Assembly (NCBI GenBank): GCA_963833985.1
Contig: CAWIAD010000001.1
Location: forward strand, 2,368,001-2,432,000
Origin: an uncultured Planctomycetaceae bacterium
Lineage (GTDB): Bacteria > Planctomycetota > Planctomycetia > Isosphaerales > Isosphaeraceae
Direction of reading: 5' to 3'
Length of the DNA stretch: 64,000 nucleotides
Shown here piece by piece: positions 50,801-60,262 of the stretch; positions within the stretch are counted from its first letter, which is position 1, and each line of letters begins with the position of its first letter. The translations under genes and the position numbers were made by a program. The notes under the pieces are model-generated. The model worked only from the letters and a program-made list of their open reading frames with translations. It had not been told where the DNA came from and did not search any database.

Positions 50801-52203
50801 CCGGCAACCCCACGCCCCGGCGCAGGCTGGCCACGGCCTCCGCCAGATTGTCGGCGGCGCCAGGCGCGGGGAACCGGCCGAGCAGCGCCGCGCTGACCCG
50901 GGCCTCGGTGTTCTCCGCCGTCGCCTCGATGTAGAGCGGAATCACGCTCGCGGACAGCCGTGGCAACAGCCCGGCCTTCACCAGCGAAGACTTGCCACAG
51001 CCGGAGGGCCCGTACAGAACGCCGACCGGGAAGGCCGCATCCGGCGCCGCCTGCTCCAGGCCGGACTTCCAGAAGTGAATACTTTCGGGAAGGCCGTTGC
51101 GGTCGCGCGGGCCTGGTAGGAGGCTGAGAAAGAAGTCAGCATCGTCGGCGTCAAAGGACCGTAGCCCGCGCGGGATGACCACCATCGGCATGCTGCTCGC
51201 GCTCGTCGAGCCGGCCGGCGGGCGCCCCGATACCGCCAGCGAAGCGGGCTGACGTGAAACGCCCCTGGCACGGACGAAAGCGGAGCCCGAGCCGCGAGCC
51301 GCCACAACCAGGAAGTGCTCCAGATCGTCGGCCAGCGCGTGGGCGGTGGCGTAACGCTCCGTGGCTCGTCCCGCCAGCGCCTTCAGGCAGATCCGCTCCA
51401 GCTCTCTGGGAATGGTGGCGTCGCACTGCCTGGGAGGACGCGGATCGGCCTCGGCCACCAGGCGAAGGATCTCGGCCACGGTCCGTCCGGGAAACGGCCG
51501 CTGCCGGGTCAGCAACTCATACAGCACCACCCCCAGGCTGAAGACATCCGACCGCCTGTCCACCCGGTGCCCCTCGCCACGGGCTTGCTCCGGGCTCATG
51601 TACGCGGGCGTTCCCCCATAGCCGGTCCCCGCGCAGGTGCCCCTCGCGCAGGGCCAGGCCGAAATCCGCCACGAAGGGACGGCCGAACAGGTCGACGAGA
51701 ATGTTCCCCGGCTTCACGTCCCGGTGCACGATGCCCCGCTCGTGAGCGTGATGAAGCGCCTCGGCCACCTGCGACACGATTTGCGCCGCGTCCGCGGGGA
51801 TTGTCGTCTGGAGCTTGATCTGCTGGGCAAGCGTCCGGCCTTCGATGTACTTGGAAACAATGAAGCAGGGATACTCGGAAGTGCTGCCCACATCGTAGAC
51901 CGGAACGATATGGGGATGGTCGAGCTGCGCGGCCGCGCGTGCCTCGGCGAGGTATAACTCCGCGGCCTCGGGTCCGGGCACGTACTCACTGTGCGGCACC
52001 TTCACCGCGGCCAGGCGCTCGAGCTGCTCATCATGGACAAGGTAGACCCTGCCGAACCCACCTTCACCCAGGAGTGAGCGCACCCGGTAGCGGCCCACCT
52101 GCAACGGCAGGTCATCAAGCCGGTCCTCCGCCGTGTCCTGAGCGGCCACGGGATGGCCGTCTCCCAGCGTTGTGGCCTGGCCAGGTTCCGCGGAGAATTC
52201 CAT
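47827..52203 (-). CDS. Ser/Thr protein kinase + STAND-type P-loop NTPase + TM + HEAT-like + formylglycine-generating-enzyme (SUMF1) domain; apparent frameshifts ~51632 and ~48000
   Basis: Kinase 'LGEGGFG', 'HRDVKPGN', 'DFG', '(GTPAY)MSPEQ'; Walker A 'GPSGCGKSS', Walker B 'LVLDQFEQ', 'YQLTHDYL'; FGE 'RLPT..EWEY', 'PNDLGLFDMHGNAWEW', 'RGGAF...GFR'. Confidence 0.88.
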
Positions 52204-52386
52204 GGGGCCGTTCCTGCGAGACCGGAGATGCCAGCTCTCCGCAAGCCATCATAGCAAACGCGGATGCGACTGTGCCACGCGGACCTGGCGGCGGAACCTG
52301 GCCGGTTGCCGACAGTTCGATCGATCGCTCAGCTTCCTGCGATCCCCCGCCCAGCGCCGCGAGGGCGGCAAGCAAACCGGAACGAG

Positions 52387-52950
52387 TTATGGCAGCTCAT
52401 CCCTTACGGACCGCAGCCCTGGCACTCCGTCGATGCTCGCCTGGTTCTTCCTGGCCTTGTACCGCTCCATTCCCACCGGCCCTTGCTTCTGGGCATACTC
52501 GATCAACTGTGATCGCTCGCCCTGGTACTCGTAAAGCGGCACGGCAAACCCGCACGAGTCCTCCGCCCGCTCCACGTCCACCATGATCACCGAGCGTGCG
52601 CCGGGATACTCCGGGAACCGGGCAATCAGTCCGTCCCACTCCGGGTCGCCAGGCTCGACGACGCGCCCACGACCGTAGAGGCGAAGAATGAGCGGCTTTC
52701 CCTCGAACGCACAGAAAAGGATCGTGATTCGCCCGTTCTGCCGCAAGTGGGCGACCGTCTCGATGCCGCTGCCGGTCAGGTCGAGATAGGCCACGGAGTT
52801 CTGCCCAAGGACTCGAAACGTGTCCAGTCCCTTGGGCGAAACATTGAGATGTCCGTCCGGGGAATCGGGCGCCGTCCCGACGAAGAAGATGCGCTGCCGC
52901 TCGATGAAGCGGGTCAGCGTCTCGTCAAGCTGCTCGTAGACCTTGCCCAT
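52387..52950 (-). CDS. Pyridoxamine 5'-phosphate oxidase-like FMN-binding protein
   Basis: 'FFVGTAP', 'NVSPKG', 'YLDLTGSGIET', 'NGRITILFCAFEG.P.ILRLYG' and 'SCGFAVP'. Confidence 0.9.
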   Translation of the reverse strand: MGKVYEQLDETLTRFIERQRIFFVGTAPDSPDGHLNVSPKGLDTFRVLGQNSVAYLDLTGSGIETVAHLRQNGRITILFCAFEGKPLILRLYGRGRVVEPGDPEWDGLIARFPEYPGARSVIMVDVERAEDSCGFAVPLYEYQGERSQLIEYAQKQGPVGMERYKARKNQASIDGVPGLRSVRDELP

Positions 52951-54430
52951 GCGGTCCTCGTGCTTGAGCCTCGTGTGCTGTGCCGCCCTGCGAGCAAACC
53001 GGGGATCGACCCCGACAATCCTGCCAGGTTCCAACCATTATCCGTTTCACAGTGATTCGTTTCACAATCGATGCCCTCGAAATCGATCTGGCCGGGCGCT
53101 GGCAGCGACAAACTCACGGCCTTGCCATCTGGATGACACTGTCTGCATGCAATCGGCGACGAGCGTTGCACACTGGATTCGAATGCCCGCAGCTTCTCCC
53201 TCAGGTCCTTGCGTTCCGGCTCCTGGAAGACGGCAATCGTCAAGAATCCTCGGGCCTCAAACCTGCGCCCAAGCTGCTCCGCAATCCGTGCCAGTTCTTC
53301 AGCGTCTCGGATCGGTTGCTTCCGGCCATGCAGCCCAATATACCGACCCAGCAGTGCACGCGCGGCATTCCGCTTCTGAATCACCTCGGCCGCCAGGGAC
53401 CGCTGGCCCTCCTTCTCGTAGAGGTCGATCAAACGATCCAGAGCCGGGAGATCACCAGGTTCAGCCGCAAGCAGTCGCTCCAGCTCCGAGCGTTCGTTCG
53501 CGAGATCACCGCGCTTGCCGGCAAGCCACGCGTGGATCCGGTGCTGCTCCACAGGTTGCGACGCGACCTGCGGCACATGCGTCAGGACGCGTTCCACATC
53601 GTCAATGCGTCCTCTGGCCATGGCCCATTTCAGTCTCGCCCGCCATACGGCGCGATCGTCGGGCCGTAGCTTCTCGCATTCTTTCAGCCACCGCTCCGCG
53701 TCGTTCAGATCGCCGGTGCGGATCGCCAGGTTGGCTCGTCCCAGCCACACCCGATCATCGTCGGGGGCATGCTTCACGGCAGCGTCCAGTAAAGTCCGCA
53801 CGGCGTCGATCGAAGCCGCCCCGGTGGTCACTTCAACGTGGAGAAGTAAAAGCTTGATCGCAGGATCAAGCGCTCCCTGCCCCAGGGCGTTCAAATCTTC
53901 CCACCGATTCTCAATCAGCTCGGCCGCCTCATCATGCCGGCCCAGATCGACGAATATCGGCACGAGCCCTACCATGAGCGATGTTCGATTGTTCCGCCGA
54001 TCCCTGGCGGCTTCGCTCACGAGCCGCTCAGCCTCGGCGAGCCTTCCGTCGTCCTGCAACAGCCGCATCCGGCCCAGGATCGCGCGCTCCGAGAACTCAG
54101 CCCCCGGCACCACTCTCGCCCACGCTTTCTCCGTTGCCTCGAGATGCCCGCGCGCAGCTCACACCATCCCAGCAGATAATGAAGCTTGCCGGTGACGTCC
54201 GACTTCCACCCAAGCAGTGCTTCGAGGCTCCGGCAAGCCGCCGAGTATCGGCCGCCAGCCATCTGATTCTCGATCTCGAGCATCGCATCCTGATCACGAC
54301 GATGACTCCACCAGCTCCAGCCACCGGCTGTCACCACAGCAGCCGCCAGCAAGCCAACCCCGAGCGCTCTCCACCGCGCTGGTTTGCCTGCCCCGCTCGA
54401 GAGCACCGCCGCAGTCGTTACGAGCATCAC
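52914..54430 (-). CDS. Tetratricopeptide repeat protein with N-terminal TM anchor; apparent frameshift ~54153; true 3' end uncertain
   Basis: TM segment 'LGVGLLAAAVVTAGG', then TPR-like helices such as 'APDDDRVWLGRANLAIRTGD..AERWL' and 'LGRRFEARGF'. The tail after ~53180 looks non-coding and overlaps the next gene. Confidence 0.75.
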
Positions 54431-54634
54431 CTTTCCCAGATATCGCCACCCATCTCGCAGGACTTCAAGACGATCCTATCCAGGGTCACGATCCCGCTGA
54501 AGTCGCCACACTTCAACACACCCCGGCTCGAACCGGAAGTCCCGTTCAACTTGCCAGTCGATTTCGCCGCTGATAGGCTGATCGTCCAGGGGGGTGTTCT
54601 GACGGGTTGCGAGTAGTTTCTGAGTTCTTGGAAA

Positions 54635-54698
54635 GGGGGGCAGACATTCCTGTCTGCCAGGGCAGGCCTGCTCAGGCAGGCAGGAATGCCTGCCCCCC
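54635..54698. repeat. Inverted pair of REP-like palindromes (REPIN-like doublet)
   Basis: GGGGGGCAGACATTCCTGTCTGCC at 54635-54658 and its near reverse complement GGCAGGCAGGAATGCCTGCCCCCC at 54675-54698. Each is a hairpin on its own. Confidence 0.8.
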
Positions 54699-54748
54699 CG
54701 GTCTTAGTCTGCGATCCGAGTGAAAACCGCTCTAACATCGTGGATCAC

Positions 54749-56992
54749 CCTACTTTCCGCACATCTCGCCTTGACTATCTCCTAATTTCCGTGTGCCGTC
54801 TTTCGGCCTGTCAGGTTCAAATCTCGTAGGCTTTGGGTATCCCCAGCAGGCGCAGGATCCTCTTCTGGAGCCGAGTTAACTCTGTGCTGAAGACCTCAAG
54901 AGGGCGTTTCCCAGCCTTCAGGGAATGCTCTTGAACGTCCTCGTACAGGTCGATCACTTTTCGAGCCGTCGGGCGTCGGCAGGCCCGACCTTCGGAATAC
55001 AGTGGCAGACTCTCGATTCCCGCTCGTTCCATCGCGCGGCGGAGTTCTCGCTCCAACAGCGCCTCGACCAGCAACACGAAGAAGTACACGCAGAGCAAGG
55101 CCTGAATCCGACTTACCTCCTTCAGGTACATAGGCGCTACCACGAAGTCAGTCTTCAGGTGCTCGAACCGTCGTTCGATGGCCGGTTGCTGTTTGTAGGC
55201 CAAGAGCAGATCCTGCTCCGTCATCTTCGATTCGTTGCTCACCAGCGGGAAAATGCCATCACAGCGGGCCTCCTCATCCAGTCGCTCCAACTCAATCCGA
55301 TGCTTCAACGAGTAACGGAGCTTCTCCTCTCGGACGTACCGCGTGTCCTGTCCAGGCCGGCCGCGTCGCTCCTGGCGGAACTTTTCGGTGACCTGCTCCT
55401 CGATCTCGACCGAGATCCACTCGGTGACCTCACAGTCCCGGAGCAGCTCCTCGACCGCCTCGGCGACCTTGGCTCGACTGCGGTACCGGGTTCGGGACGA
55501 GGCGAGCTTGGCACGCAGTTCGTCCAGTCGTTTCAACGCCTTCTCCAGCCGGGTCAGCCGTACCTCCGCATCCAACTCGGCCTTGCGTGTGCTGTGATAC
55601 CAGATCAGCCGGTAACCCTCGGTGGTCTGGCTCGCAGGTTTGCAGATCGAGAAGCGGTCGGTCAACTGTCCCTTGTCGTCGTACTTGTCGTGGGTCCATC
55701 GCCACTGGATCTCTCCCCGGAGTACGGCGCCGCGGAAGGCACCGTCCTCACTGCGAGTTCGCGGCAGCACGCTGAGGAACCGACCGCCGCGCTGATGCAG
55801 ATAGGCCATGTTCTCGGTGGTGGCCAGCTTGCAGTCGGCGATGTAGAGAAAGTCTCGGCGTCCGGTCAGTTGACAGAGCAACTCCCAGGTCTCCTGGTGA
55901 GAGCGGTCGTCGGTGGCGTTGCCGCTCTCGACGCGAAAGTGCACCGGGACGGCACCGTCGCCGGTCACGGTGAGGATGTAGAGTAGCTGCTTGAGGTCGG
56001 GGCGGTGGTCTTTGTTATGACCCCAGGTCACCGCCAACCGCAATTGTCCCCGCAGGGTTCGCTCCGCCTCCGCCGACTCGTAGTCACCGTGGAAAGTGAT
56101 GGTGGTCGAGTCGTTGTGTAACTGGTCGAGGCTGACGTCGAATTCGCGTACGGCATGGGCCGCGACCTTCAGGGCCAACCCCGAGAGATTGGCGTCGAAG
56201 AGACGGTCGAGGGCCCGGCCAACTCGATCGTCGTTCATTGCGGCGACTTGGACATCGGACAACCCGAACAGTTTCGGCTCATGGCGGGCCACCCACTCAC
56301 CGACACCATAGAGTGGCTCACGCGAGATCAGCAGGTTGCGCAGCAGGACGAGCAAGGCCGTGGCCGTGGGGACCCGAGTGCGGCCGTCCTCATGGGGCAG
56401 GTGGTCGCAGAGAAACTCGCGAAGGCGGAGCCGACTCAGGAAGTGTTCCAGGATGGGCACGGCGGCAATCCGCCGCGTGTTGAGCGTGCGCGTGCGTCCC
56501 TTCGAGCGGGCCGTCTCGCCGGGTTGGCGCGGTCGTTGAGGTTCGTTCATGCGGATCATCTCCGGAGGGTTTGCAGCGAGTTGGCCGGTGTCCGCCGCCG
56601 GGCCTTCCAGGGCCGTGAGGGGAGCAGGCCGACCGCCGCAGGGCTTGCCGCAATGATGGCGGAGGAGATCGGGACGTCAAGGACAAAAAATCTTGTGATT
56701 CACTTATGACAATTTGCCTTGACGTAAGTTGTGAGCCGCTCAACTTACGCTCATAGCCCGTGTCACAAGTCGTCGCGGCGAGAATCGCGGCGCGCGGCTG
56801 GACATTGCCAAGTCATAAGACAAGGCGAAGAATGGCTCGAGTTCAGGAACGGTCCGGTTGGCGAACCATCTGAACCGAACAAGGTCCCCGTGCCGATCGA
56901 CTTGTAGATGTTTACCGACCCTGGGGCCGCGTCTGAGAAGATGGCCTCAGGTCGAATTCGGGGAAATCAAAGGGAGATGTGCGGAAAGTAGG
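54749..56992 (-). mobile_element. Complete IS1634-family insertion sequence (~2244 bp)
   Basis: Perfect 19-bp terminal inverted repeats CCTACTTTCCGCACATCTC (54749-54767) and GAGATGTGCGGAAAGTAGG (56974-56992). The flanking direct repeat GATCAC is at 54743-54748 and 56993-56998. Confidence 0.92.
54817..56559 (-). CDS. IS1634-family DDE transposase
   Basis: 'NDDRVGRALDRL', 'HNDSTTITF', 'GHNKDHRPDLKQ', 'GNATD', 'IADCKL' and 'Y.QQ..IERRF..LK'. The 580 aa ORF is intact. Confidence 0.92.
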   Translation of the reverse strand: MIRMNEPQRPRQPGETARSKGRTRTLNTRRIAAVPILEHFLSRLRLREFLCDHLPHEDGRTRVPTATALLVLLRNLLISREPLYGVGEWVARHEPKLFGLSDVQVAAMNDDRVGRALDRLFDANLSGLALKVAAHAVREFDVSLDQLHNDSTTITFHGDYESAEAERTLRGQLRLAVTWGHNKDHRPDLKQLLYILTVTGDGAVPVHFRVESGNATDDRSHQETWELLCQLTGRRDFLYIADCKLATTENMAYLHQRGGRFLSVLPRTRSEDGAFRGAVLRGEIQWRWTHDKYDDKGQLTDRFSICKPASQTTEGYRLIWYHSTRKAELDAEVRLTRLEKALKRLDELRAKLASSRTRYRSRAKVAEAVEELLRDCEVTEWISVEIEEQVTEKFRQERRGRPGQDTRYVREEKLRYSLKHRIELERLDEEARCDGIFPLVSNESKMTEQDLLLAYKQQPAIERRFEHLKTDFVVAPMYLKEVSRIQALLCVYFFVLLVEALLERELRRAMERAGIESLPLYSEGRACRRPTARKVIDLYEDVQEHSLKAGKRPLEVFSTELTRLQKRILRLLGIPKAYEI

Positions 56993-57064
56993 GATCACCA
57001 ATACCCACGGAACGCATTGCGAAGTTGATTTCGCCAACCCGCGCCCCCTATCCGACAATTATCC

Positions 57065-59050
57065 ATGACCGGATCGAGCCCTGTCGATACCGGGACCAGC
57101 AGTGCGAGCGGCTCGACAGTGATGGTCCCTTCCCAGCTCAGGTCCACGCTTCAAGCGATCGTCGCGCTGTCAGCCTGGAGCGGACTGGTTGCCGGCTTGC
57201 TGGAAGTCGTCGTCACCCTGCTGCGCAAGCGTCTCCTCGATGCCGATCAGATCCTCAGGCTCAGCCACCATTTCATCTGGCTCATCCCGCTCGTTAACCT
57301 TTGCATCTTCATCGCGCTGGCAGCAATCGGCTCCATTGTCGTCCTGATCTGGCCTCGCCGCGGGCGCTGGTTCTGCACTCGCGCGCTCGCCGCCTTCACG
57401 GTTCTCCCCGCGCTCCTGGCCGCGTTCCCAAAGATTTATGCCGTAGCCTTGCTGCTGATTGCCGCCGGAATCGCCGTCAGGGTCGTCCCGATCATCGAAC
57501 GCAACCGCTTGCGATTTCAACCGTTCCTCCTTGCCGGATTCTCTCTGCCATCGATGATCGTGGCAATCCTCGCCGGTTCGGTCTGGTATCGTGATCACTC
57601 CAGACAGGTCGTCGAAAACGCCAGACCGCTGCCACCCCCTGGGTCACCGAACGTTCTCTTGCTGGTGCTCGACACCGTGGCCGCCAGCCACGCCGGCATC
57701 AACGGCTACAACCGGGCAACGACCACCACACTGAACGAACTTGCCACCCGCGGGATCCGGTTCGACTGCGCCCGCTCCACGTCCTCGTGGACGCTTCCAT
57801 CACACGCAAGCATGTTCACCGGGCTGTGGCCTCACGAGCTTTCTCTCGGCTGGCTCACCCCGCTGAATGACCACCAGCCCACGATCGCCGGTTGTCTCGG
57901 AAATCGCGGCTACGCAACCGCCGGGTTCATCGCCAATACGTGGTTCTGTGCCTCCGGCTCCGGGTTGTCCCGTGGCTTTACACATTATGAAGATTATATC
58001 TTTCCAAAGCTTACAGCGCTCAATACCTGTGTCATGGTCCGCCGCGCGCTCGAAGGTTACCAGGACTCGGCCGGCTTCACTGAGGAACTTTTCCAGGACA
58101 TCGGCTGTTTCGACGCCGTCGAATCCATCTGGGAAGCGCTCGCTGGCAACCGCAAGGACGCAGCCGAAGTGAACCGAGAAGTCCTCGATTGGCTCTCCGC
58201 ACGTGACCAGCCCGATCGTCCCTTCTTCGCGTTCTTGAACTACTATGACGCTCATTACCGCTATGTGCTCAAGCCCGGAAGGCTCCATCGTTTCGGCGAT
58301 GAGCCCGACGACTCATATAAGCGCATGCTGATCCATCATTGGTGGGAAATTGATAAAACCAAGGTGTCACCCTCCGGCGTGGCGTTCGCTTCCGATGCGT
58401 ACGACGACTGCATCGCCGATCTCGACGAACAGGTCGGCAAACTGATCGACAGGCTTGACCGGGGCGGCATTCTTGAACACACCTGGCTGATCGTCGTTTC
58501 CGACCACGGCGAGAGCTTCGGCGAGCATCCGAATATCTTCTGCCACGGCTCCAGCCTCTTTGAGACCGAGCTGCGCGTGCCGCTGCTGATCATCCCGCCA
58601 TCAAGCACAAAAACGGCCACCGACCTGGCCATCCGCGCTCCCGTGAGCCTGCGCGACATCGCCGTCACGATCGCCGATATGGCAGGCTTCAAGACGGAAT
58701 CATCCTTTGCAGGCGATTCCCTCACAAGGTTCTGGAATCAGCCATCCCCCGCATCGGGTGCCGTCCAGACCGCCAGTCTCTCCGAGCTTGTTCCGAACGA
58801 CGTCAAGAACCGTAACTACTGGGGCCTTCCCGCACAGCTTCCGCCAAGAGCCGCACTCAAGGACTCGGAGTGGTCCTACATGCGCCGCGAAGTGGAAGTC
58901 GGCGAACAACTGTACCATCTCACCGATGACCCTCGTGAGCAGCATAACTTGACGCAGGATCCGTCCGCTCAGGAGACACTCCAGCGACTGCGTGCGAGTC
59001 TCGACCAGTGGACCAAAGGCCCCTTGCTTCCGGGCCGGTTCCCCCCCTGA
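57065..59050 (+). CDS. Sulfatase-like hydrolase/transferase (alkaline phosphatase superfamily) with N-terminal membrane domain
   Basis: Five to six TM segments, then 'PNVLLLVLDT', 'SSWTLPSHASMFTG', 'PFFAFLNYYDAH', 'SDHGE', 'HG' and 'LYHL..DP.E..NL'. Confidence 0.88.
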   Translation: MTGSSPVDTGTSSASGSTVMVPSQLRSTLQAIVALSAWSGLVAGLLEVVVTLLRKRLLDADQILRLSHHFIWLIPLVNLCIFIALAAIGSIVVLIWPRRGRWFCTRALAAFTVLPALLAAFPKIYAVALLLIAAGIAVRVVPIIERNRLRFQPFLLAGFSLPSMIVAILAGSVWYRDHSRQVVENARPLPPPGSPNVLLLVLDTVAASHAGINGYNRATTTTLNELATRGIRFDCARSTSSWTLPSHASMFTGLWPHELSLGWLTPLNDHQPTIAGCLGNRGYATAGFIANTWFCASGSGLSRGFTHYEDYIFPKLTALNTCVMVRRALEGYQDSAGFTEELFQDIGCFDAVESIWEALAGNRKDAAEVNREVLDWLSARDQPDRPFFAFLNYYDAHYRYVLKPGRLHRFGDEPDDSYKRMLIHHWWEIDKTKVSPSGVAFASDAYDDCIADLDEQVGKLIDRLDRGGILEHTWLIVVSDHGESFGEHPNIFCHGSSLFETELRVPLLIIPPSSTKTATDLAIRAPVSLRDIAVTIADMAGFKTESSFAGDSLTRFWNQPSPASGAVQTASLSELVPNDVKNRNYWGLPAQLPPRAALKDSEWSYMRREVEVGEQLYHLTDDPREQHNLTQDPSAQETLQRLRASLDQWTKGPLLPGRFPP

Positions 59051-59760
59051 CCTCAGCTCGGAGCCGGTCCGCCGGGCGGCCACCACTTCCAGGTCATCAC
59101 CGAAAGACCAGCGTCCCGGGCGCCTGAGCACTCGCGCAGGGCACGGCTACGGCGCGAGGTCCTTCCTTTCTTCCATCCCTCTCGGTCGGTCTCGGCAGCA
59201 AACTTCGCCCCGATGCCGTCCCCCCCCCGGAGCATCTTGCAGGACCTCTGCAACCATCGAATGATCAAGGTCCCCGGCACGCCTGGACTCGACTTGCCAA
59301 TCCAAATATGCTGGGTGCGTTTTTTTGCAGAGATTTCGATTGAAATCCGCACCGGCGGCTGGCTAGTATCGGGGCGTCCGGTCCGGGCCCTGCGGGCGGT
59401 GCGGTTCTCACGCCAGCAATCGCCGACGGGCGGCCTGGGTTGAGAAGCCGTCGACAGCCGTCGCGAGCAGCGAGCCGTTTGATCTGATCCGAGATCTCAA
59501 CCTTGCGCATAGAAGATAGAACAGACCGCTGATCCGGCTATCCCTGAGTCACCGACGCACCAAAAGCAAGGCAGGTGCTGAACTGAGCCCGGCACACTTC
59601 TTCGCGAATTCTGTGTGAGAGTATCATATCTTCTTCTTAATCCCGCGTTATCGTTGGGCCGCGATCTCCGCTCATACTTCTGCCTTCGGGTTGCCTTGGG
59701 TTCGTATGGTTCAGCCGCCTCCATCACGCCGAAAAGAACCTCGCTTCTTGGAAGGAGTCA

Positions 59761-59997
59761 GTGGTGCGCGTTCTCTACTCACGTTTCCTCGTGGTAGCTG
59801 CTCCTGGCTTACTTTCACTATGCCTGTGCGGTCTGAGCGGATGCGGTTCGAATCAAGCGGACGGAATGGTTGAGGAAGCGCCGCAGATCGACGCGGATCA
59901 AAAAGCAGAAGTCAAGGCTCAGTATCAAAAGCAAATGTTGGAGAGGCAGAGCAAGTCAAGAAAAGGCAAGGCTGCCCGCAAGAAACCCGCGAGCTGA
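59761..59997 (+). CDS. Small lipoprotein with basic C-terminal tail
   Basis: GGAAGGAG ribosome-binding site upstream, a hydrophobic signal with lipobox 'LSGC', 78 aa, directly upstream of the DUF1559 gene. Confidence 0.75.
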   Translation: MVRVLYSRFLVVAAPGLLSLCLCGLSGCGSNQADGMVEEAPQIDADQKAEVKAQYQKQMLERQSKSRKGKAARKKPAS

Positions 59998-60107
59998 GCG
60001 CGAAGGCTCGATGTGCCGAATAATCCGTCTCTGAGAGAACAGGTACTTGAGCGATTGACCACTCCGGGCGCGATTGCCTCATTCGAGATGAGAGCGAGAG
60101 TCCCTCA

Positions 60108-60127
60108 CTCGGAGCAATTGCTCCGAG
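60108..60127. promoter_or_regulatory. Perfect 20-bp palindrome CTCGGAGCAATTGCTCCGAG (possible operator or RNA hairpin)
   Basis: The sequence equals its own reverse complement and is intergenic between the lipoprotein and DUF1559 genes. Its function is inferred. Confidence 0.45.
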
Positions 60128-60262
60128 CGAGCTGAAAAACGAATCAGGGACGGATTCGACCGATCCGGCCGCCGACTCAGGCTGAAGGATCCTTCGCAAC
60201 CAAGGTAGCTACGAACGACTGTGTGTGCTCTTACCACGTTGCGTCCAACCGAGAGGCGACCC

